This document shows positions 18,458 through 24,201 of a DNA stretch of 24,201 bases, one piece after another. The first letter of the stretch is position 1. Each line of letters begins with the position of its first letter. This DNA is from Chthonomonadales bacterium. GTDB lineage: Bacteria; Armatimonadota; Chthonomonadetes; Chthonomonadales; Chthonomonadaceae. The DNA lies in NCBI GenBank assembly GCA_038217285.1, contig JBBQPO010000061.1:1-24201 (forward strand), given 5' to 3'. A model generated the notes under the pieces. The model had not been told where the DNA came from, did not search any database, and saw only the letters and a list, made by a program, of their open reading frames with translations. A program made the translations under genes and the position numbers.

Positions 18458-20371
18458 ATGTCCGCCGTCGGATTTAACAAACCAGCTCTGTGCAGCCCAC
18501 TTTTCAAGCGGGCTTCTCTCCTTTTTTTCCCTGCATTGCTGCTTGGGGCCGGAATGACCGGAGGAGCGGGTGAACCGCCCCCCAGTCCCGCGCAGTCCGA
18601 GTACGAAAAGACGATGCAGCCTGTGCTGACCCAGTACTGCGGCAAGTGCCACGGCGAAAAGGGCGGGGCTTCGGGGATCAACCTGGGTGCATTCCACGAT
18701 GTCGTCGCTCTTCAGCGCGATCAGACGACGTGGCGCAAGGTCGTCACACGCCTCCGCGAACGCACCATGCCGCCCCCCGGAACGCCGCAGCCTTCGCAGG
18801 AGCAGCGCAATCTGGTGTCAGACTGGCTGACGAAGACCCTGAACAACGTCGATCCCGCCCTGCTGCCGAAAAATCCGGGGCGGGTCTTAATCCATCGCCT
18901 GAGCCGCCAGGAGTACAACAACACGGTGCGCGACCTGTTCGGCGTCACCTCCCACCCGGCCGATAAGTTCCCGGCGGACGGCGGCGGGGGCGGCGGCTTC
19001 GACAACAACGCCGACACCCTGTTCGTGCCGCCCCTGCTGATGGAGCGTTATCTCACGACGGCAGGGGACGTGCTGGACGAAGGCTCCCAACTGCGGCTCT
19101 TCTTCGTGCGCCCCAGTAAGACCCTGACGGAGCGCGCGGCGGCGAAGCAGATACTGACGCACTATGCCACGCTGGCCTTCCGCCGCCCCGTCGAACTCTC
19201 GGAGACAGAGCGTCTGATGCGCCTCTTCGACAAGGCGAAAACGGCGGGCGACGACTTCGAAGCGGCGACGAAGTTCGCGCTGAAAGGCGTCCTCGTCTCA
19301 CCGAACTTCCTGTTTCGCGTTGAGCGCGACCGCCCCACGGCGGAGGCCTATCCGCTCGGAGACTACGAACTGGCCTCGCGCCTCTCCTACTTTCTCTGGG
19401 CCTCGATGCCGGATCAAGAGCTGTTTTCGCTGGCGGCGCAGGGCCGACTGCGCAAGCCGGAGGTACTGGACAGAGAGGTGCGGCGGATGCTGCAGAACCC
19501 GAAGTCCCGCGCCTTCTCCGACAGTTTCGCGGGGCAGTGGCTGCGGGCGCGGGATCTCTACACGACCGCGCACCCCGATACCAATCAGTTCAAAGACTAT
19601 ACGCCCACCCTGCGCGACGCGATGTATGCCGAGACCATCGACTTCTTCGACTCGGTGGTGCGCGAAGACGCCAGCCTGCTGCGTCTGCTCGACGCCGACT
19701 ACACCTACCTGAACGAAGAGCTGGCGAAACACTACGGGGTTCCGGGGGTCACGGGCGCCGACATGCGCCGCGTCACGCTGGCCGATAACAGCCGAGGCGG
19801 CGTCATGACGCTGGGGAGTGTGCTGGTGGAAACCTCTTATCCCCTGCGCACCAGCCCGGTGCTGCGCGGAAAGTGGGTACTGGAGCAGATCCTCGGCGCA
19901 CCGACCCCGCCGCCGCCGCCCAACGTCGGCACGCTGCCCGCCGACGATGCGCCCCGAAAGGGCCTGACATTCCGCCATAGGCTGGAGGAGCATCGTAAGA
20001 ATCCGGCATGCGCCTCCTGCCACAACCGCATGGACCCCATCGGCTTCGGCCTGGAGAACTTCGACGCGGTCGGACGCTGGCGAACCCAGGCGTCCGGCGC
20101 CCCCGTGGACGCTTCCGGAGTGCTGACCACCGGAGAGAAGTTCAACGGTCCGGCAGAACTCAAGAAGCTGATGCTTCTGCGCAAGGACGAGTTCGTCCTC
20201 AACCTGACGGAGAAGATGCTGGCATATGCCCTCGGGCGCGGCCTGGAGCCTTACGATCTGCCTGCCGTCCATAAGATTACTGAAGCGGTGAAAAAAGACA
20301 ACTATCGCAGCAGCACCCTCGTACTGGAGATAGCCCGCAGCTACCCGTTCCAGTACCGCAAAAACCTGTAG
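18458..20371 (+). CDS. DUF1592-type protein (planctomycete-type cytochrome c; DUF1587/1595/1592/1588/1585 architecture)
   Basis: Signal-like N-terminus, CGKCH...MPP, HRLSRQEYNNTVRDL, FDNNAD, YELASRLSYFLWASMPD, RTSPVLRGKWV, CASCH...DPIGFGLENFDAVGRWR, YALGRG. Confidence 0.93.
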   Translation: MSAVGFNKPALCSPLFKRASLLFFPALLLGAGMTGGAGEPPPSPAQSEYEKTMQPVLTQYCGKCHGEKGGASGINLGAFHDVVALQRDQTTWRKVVTRLRERTMPPPGTPQPSQEQRNLVSDWLTKTLNNVDPALLPKNPGRVLIHRLSRQEYNNTVRDLFGVTSHPADKFPADGGGGGGFDNNADTLFVPPLLMERYLTTAGDVLDEGSQLRLFFVRPSKTLTERAAAKQILTHYATLAFRRPVELSETERLMRLFDKAKTAGDDFEAATKFALKGVLVSPNFLFRVERDRPTAEAYPLGDYELASRLSYFLWASMPDQELFSLAAQGRLRKPEVLDREVRRMLQNPKSRAFSDSFAGQWLRARDLYTTAHPDTNQFKDYTPTLRDAMYAETIDFFDSVVREDASLLRLLDADYTYLNEELAKHYGVPGVTGADMRRVTLADNSRGGVMTLGSVLVETSYPLRTSPVLRGKWVLEQILGAPTPPPPPNVGTLPADDAPRKGLTFRHRLEEHRKNPACASCHNRMDPIGFGLENFDAVGRWRTQASGAPVDASGVLTTGEKFNGPAELKKLMLLRKDEFVLNLTEKMLAYALGRGLEPYDLPAVHKITEAVKKDNYRSSTLVLEIARSYPFQYRKNL

Positions 20372-20396
20372 TCATCGATCCTCGTGATCGCACTTT

Positions 20397-20449
20397 TCGT
20401 CCGAAGGACGATCCGCCGTAGGCGCGTAGCGAGGGGTGCCAACCCCTTG
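20397..20449 (+). repeat. Triple-hairpin REP-like element, copy C
   Basis: TCGTCC-GAA-GGACGA tc CGCC-GTA-GGCG CGTAG CGAGGGGT-GCCA-ACCCCTTG; colinear with copy A. Confidence 0.75.
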
Positions 20450-20485
20450 ATTCTGTAGCCAAAGGTCATTGCAAGGAGAGTTTCC

Positions 20486-21919
20486 GTGAGCAAAGAGCAG
20501 CCTCTGTTATCGCGTCGAACGGTCTTGAAAGGGCTTGGAGTGACCATGTGTCTGCCGCTGCTGGAGGCGATGCAGCCGCTGGCCACGCTGGCCCAGGGCG
20601 GGAAAGACAAGAAGGTCAAGCCTCCGGTGCGTATGGCCGTTCTCTATATGCCGAACGGTGTACAACCGAAGGCGTGGACGCCGACAGGGAACGGCAGCAA
20701 CTTTGATCTCTCTCCCATCCTCGCGCCGCTCAGCAACGTCAAGTCCGACCTGCTGGTGCTGACGCAGTTGATGAACCGACAGAGCATCGAGGGCGACGGG
20801 CACTACGTCAAGGTCGCGCCGTTCCTGACGGGCACCCATATCACCAAGACGACCGGTGCCGACCTGCGCTGCGGCGGGGTCTCGCTGGACCAGATCGTGG
20901 CGCAGAGGCTAGGCAATATGACCCCGCTGCCATCCCTGGAGCTGAGCCTTGAGCCGGTCACGGGATATGTCGATGCCAATGTCGGCTACACCGCGATCTA
21001 TGGTTCGCATATCTCCTGGAATACGCCGACCACGCCGGTCACCCGCGAGATCAACCCGCAGTTGGCGTTCGACCGCCTTTTCCGCTCGCAAGGCGGTGGG
21101 GGCCGGGTCGTCTCGCCGCGGGACGCCAGCGTGCTGGACGCCGTGCTCGACGATGCGAAGAGCCTGCAGACGAAGATAGGCACTGCGGATAAGCACAAGC
21201 TGAACGAGTATTTCGATGCCGTGCGCTCTATCGAGACCCGTATCGCCTTCGACGCAGCCCGCCGCGCGGGAGAGTATGGAGGCGACCCACTGGCCCGCAA
21301 AGAGATCGAGCGGCTCGGCGGGCGCATCCGAGACTACTATAAAGACCCGGCGCACCTGACGGAGCGGGGCATCGACCATACGGAGCAGACCCGCCTGATG
21401 CTCGACATCATGGTCCTGGCCTTCTGGACCGATTCGACCCGTGTCGCCACCTTCATGTTCGGCAACGAGGTCAGCGGCAAGAACTTCTCCTTCCTGCCCG
21501 GCGTCAACGGCAGCCATCATGAGATTTCGCACCACCAGAACGAGGCTGCGAAACTGGCGCAGTATCAGCTCATCAACATCTGGCACACGCAGCAGTACGC
21601 CTACATGCTGGAGAAGATGCGGGGTATCAAGGAAGGGGACGGCACCCTGCTCGACAACTCGATGGTGATGCTCGCCAGCGGCATGCGCGACGGTAACGCC
21701 CACAGCCCTTACGACCTGCCCATTCTGCTGGCCGGTCGTGGCGGCGGCACCCTCGCCACCGGCCGTCACCTGGTCTACGAGGCGAAGACGCCGCTCTGCA
21801 ACCTCTACCACGCCATGCTGAACCGCATGGGCGTCCCGACAGCGCAGTTCGGCGACAGCACCGGCGAACTGGCTGGCATCGCCGATCCGCGCTTCCAGGG
21901 CGTCCCCGCCAAAGCCTGA
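20486..21919 (+). CDS. DUF1552 domain protein
   Basis: SRRTVLKG...LPLLEAM leader, YMPNG, SLDQ, PSLEL, AFDRLF, FWTDSTRVATFM, HHEISHH, EGDGTLLDNS, GNAH...LPILLAG; usual partner of DUF1592 genes. Confidence 0.93.
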   Translation: MSKEQPLLSRRTVLKGLGVTMCLPLLEAMQPLATLAQGGKDKKVKPPVRMAVLYMPNGVQPKAWTPTGNGSNFDLSPILAPLSNVKSDLLVLTQLMNRQSIEGDGHYVKVAPFLTGTHITKTTGADLRCGGVSLDQIVAQRLGNMTPLPSLELSLEPVTGYVDANVGYTAIYGSHISWNTPTTPVTREINPQLAFDRLFRSQGGGGRVVSPRDASVLDAVLDDAKSLQTKIGTADKHKLNEYFDAVRSIETRIAFDAARRAGEYGGDPLARKEIERLGGRIRDYYKDPAHLTERGIDHTEQTRLMLDIMVLAFWTDSTRVATFMFGNEVSGKNFSFLPGVNGSHHEISHHQNEAAKLAQYQLINIWHTQQYAYMLEKMRGIKEGDGTLLDNSMVMLASGMRDGNAHSPYDLPILLAGRGGGTLATGRHLVYEAKTPLCNLYHAMLNRMGVPTAQFGDSTGELAGIADPRFQGVPAKA

Positions 21920-21926
21920 GCATCGC

Positions 21927-21964
21927 TACCGATAAGGACCAAGCGGTCGAAATGTATCGGTGGG
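21927..21964. terminator. Possible hairpin between convergent genes
   Basis: CTACCGATA...TATCGGTGG outer stem with inner GACC/GGTC; no U-tract. Confidence 0.3.
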
Positions 21965-21991
21965 GGAGTCGACGAACGGCGGATATAAGGA

Positions 21992-23803
21992 CTATGGTAC
22001 CCCTTCTGTGGGCGGTGCGACGACTTCCAGGCGGACGCCTCGTACACTGCCCCCAGGTATATCGAGCGAGAAGGCTCGCCTGGGGGTAGCATTGAGACGC
22101 AGCCAGATCGGCTTATCCGGAGGCTGTAACATCAGCGCGGACTTCAAGAAAACAGCCTGCCTCTGCTGATCTGCGTTGAGTTCGCCGAAAGGAAGTCGGC
22201 CTTCTATCAATGCGATACGCGCCGTATCGTTCAGACTCGCATAGAACAGAGCCGTATACCGCTCGTGCCGAATACGCTCCGCAAATCCGGCGAACGGGAA
22301 CACCGTCTGGGACGGACCCTTTTTCGGATGTGTATCCACCGCCGCCCACTCCAGGCCCGTCGCGATCTGGAAAGGCGACAGCGCCATCACAATCCGCGCC
22401 TCCAGGTCCATCCTCGCTTTCAACTCTTGAGGCCCGGACACGTCGTTTATAGCCTCCTGTACTTTCTGCGGAGGATGCGCCATAAGATCCGTCGTGAACT
22501 GCCTAAGTAACGGGAGTGGCACCTGAAGTCCATCATCGCGATACCAGCGGTTGTTCCGAAAAAGGTAGATACCCTCGCTCCCTACTTTCCAACTGATATC
22601 TTGTTCCTCTGCCAGCGAATCCATTTCAACCTTCAAAGGTTCGGCGGGGCTCTTCGTCTTCTCCTCTTCCTTTAAGGAAGTGCCGCTGCGGTCATAATAG
22701 TCCGACACGAATTCGATATGAGATTTGTCTCTGAGCCAGTCCAGACGCTCTGCCATACGCGAGGGACCGAAGGCGAACATGCGTCGCGGAAATAGGTTCG
22801 CTTTCGGCGGTTCGTTGGGCCACACCCGACCCTCCTGATAGGTGGCCAACCGCTTCCAGTCTGCGGGTGCCCGCTTTCCAAGCTTTTTAACGACACTTAT
22901 CAGGCCCAGATGCTTCAGACTGAGCGGAGCGGCGTCAGGCGCTTGACCTAACGAAAAACTTAAATCTGACTGCATCTCCCGACCATCGGGCAGGAGATAG
23001 TAAAGGGTAAGATTGCGACCCTCGTTGGCAATCCTGAGCGCTACGGCTGACTCGGAGATGTGCTGGCTCGCCAGGAAAGCTCCAAGGTAATCCTTATGGA
23101 CTGCCTGGCGGCATGCTTCGGGTAATTCGGAGAGCCTATACGTTACGGCCCCCTCCTCCAGGGAACAATCAGAAACAAACATATCTCCGGTGCCATACAT
23201 TAAAGTGTCGACCAGATGATCGGCGATGGAAAATTTCATATCCTTAAGGAGTGCGTAGTAAAACGTGTGGGCATTGACAATTTGTGCATATTGGTTCTCT
23301 GACAGTTGCTCACCCTGGAGGGGCTGCGGCTTCTCGTCAAGCCGCTCGACCACATAACGACGCTGGGCCTCCAGCGCCGCGTCGTGCTGCCTCATGTAAA
23401 GTCGCCACCACTCCTCACGTTCTGCGAGAGCCTTGTTGGTCATATAAAAACTGTATCCACGGCCGTTTGCGTAGGGTTTCCAGTAGCCGGGAAGCAACTC
23501 CGCGATGGAACGCAACAAGATCCGCAACGGCCGATCATGCAGGGCAAGATGCAGCCGCTGCGCCGCGCATTTGGTATCAACACGGAGTTCCAGATCCTCT
23601 GTAGACAACTTGGAAAATAGTTGATCCAGCGGGACTCCCTTCGCTTCAAGGTTCACATGGTGGTCTAATCTTATATCTGTTTCGAATGCCGCCTTTGCAG
23701 GTGTTGCTTGCTGCGGTTGGGCCGACGCCCGACGCGTGGGAAGGCTCCCAAGTGACACCATTAAGAGCAACGTAACCGTCACGAAACCCGCACTACTTTT
23801 CAT
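21992..23803 (-). CDS. Exported hypothetical protein (~603 aa) with STN-like N-terminal segment
   Basis: Long ORF with signal peptide (…RASA-Q) and LDHHVNLEAKGVPLDQLFSKL resembling secretin/TonB N-terminal modules. GGAG before ATG 23803 (alternative ATG 23827). Confidence 0.75.
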   Translation of the reverse strand: MKSSAGFVTVTLLLMVSLGSLPTRRASAQPQQATPAKAAFETDIRLDHHVNLEAKGVPLDQLFSKLSTEDLELRVDTKCAAQRLHLALHDRPLRILLRSIAELLPGYWKPYANGRGYSFYMTNKALAEREEWWRLYMRQHDAALEAQRRYVVERLDEKPQPLQGEQLSENQYAQIVNAHTFYYALLKDMKFSIADHLVDTLMYGTGDMFVSDCSLEEGAVTYRLSELPEACRQAVHKDYLGAFLASQHISESAVALRIANEGRNLTLYYLLPDGREMQSDLSFSLGQAPDAAPLSLKHLGLISVVKKLGKRAPADWKRLATYQEGRVWPNEPPKANLFPRRMFAFGPSRMAERLDWLRDKSHIEFVSDYYDRSGTSLKEEEKTKSPAEPLKVEMDSLAEEQDISWKVGSEGIYLFRNNRWYRDDGLQVPLPLLRQFTTDLMAHPPQKVQEAINDVSGPQELKARMDLEARIVMALSPFQIATGLEWAAVDTHPKKGPSQTVFPFAGFAERIRHERYTALFYASLNDTARIALIEGRLPFGELNADQQRQAVFLKSALMLQPPDKPIWLRLNATPRRAFSLDIPGGSVRGVRLEVVAPPTEGVP

Positions 23804-24066
23804 TCTTTTTATCTCCAGTTGACGCATTCATTACTTCCGAAATAGAGTGCCTGAAGGTACAGATCACCACGCCTATATCTTCGTCCTATGGCAGGCAGAC
23901 AAGCACCCCATCTCGGCTGGCGAACTGGGGTGCTTGCACTAGATGATCCGACGAATAGATTTTTGCCCATTTCCGGGCAGGCTATCGCGGCGGGGGGAGC
24001 AGACAGACTACTCCCTCCGAAAGGTGTTACCAACGGTCTGTTTGTCACTTCCTTAAACGAGGGCAG

Positions 24067-24201
24067 AGACCTCGTTAGCGACAACAACTGCACCAAGCCC
24101 ACCACACAAAGACAGGAACGACCGAACAAACCTGTCGCCAAACGATACTCATCGCGCACGATACGAAACCCTTTCACACGTCGGATACTGTGTTCCACCC
24201 G
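24067..24201 (-). mobile_element. 3' end of an IS5-family-like (ISL2/IS702-type, DDE_Tnp_4) insertion sequence, truncated by window edge
   Basis: Translation RVEHSIRRVKGFRIVRDEYR...VVGLVQL fits the C-terminal R-x-E-H...K-x-F-R pattern of these DDE transposases; candidate terminal IR begins AGACCTC at 24067. Confidence 0.65.

Noticed and set aside
23900-24060. Possible c-di-GMP-I riboswitch upstream of the 603-aa gene (GGGCAAA)
   Set aside because: The GAAA-capped P2 stem and the following GCAAAG consensus are not found.

Overview
A GC-rich bacterial chromosomal segment. The gene style suggests Armatimonadota (Chthonomonadales-like), which is inference only. Left to right it holds: the 3' part of a PQQ quinoprotein dehydrogenase with an internal c-type heme domain; a minus-strand run of ftsB-like, pyk (CTG start), a hypothetical gene, eno, a DapA-family lyase, xisI with a probable xisH scar, a membrane-anchored S8 subtilase and a 65-aa protein; a lone cobT; an ECF sigma/zinc anti-sigma/large membrane protein operon; a DnaA-domain-I-like protein; LptA-like, LptC-like, lipoprotein and SPOR genes; a DUF1592/DUF1552 pair; a 600-aa exported hypothetical; and the 3' tip of an IS5-family-like transposase. 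No rRNA, tRNA or CRISPR array was seen. The most unusual signal is non-coding: three diverged copies of a ~55-nt triple-hairpin element with compensatory substitutions (3354-3405, 3456-3512, 20397-20449). All calls are by-eye motif recognition; no searches were run.
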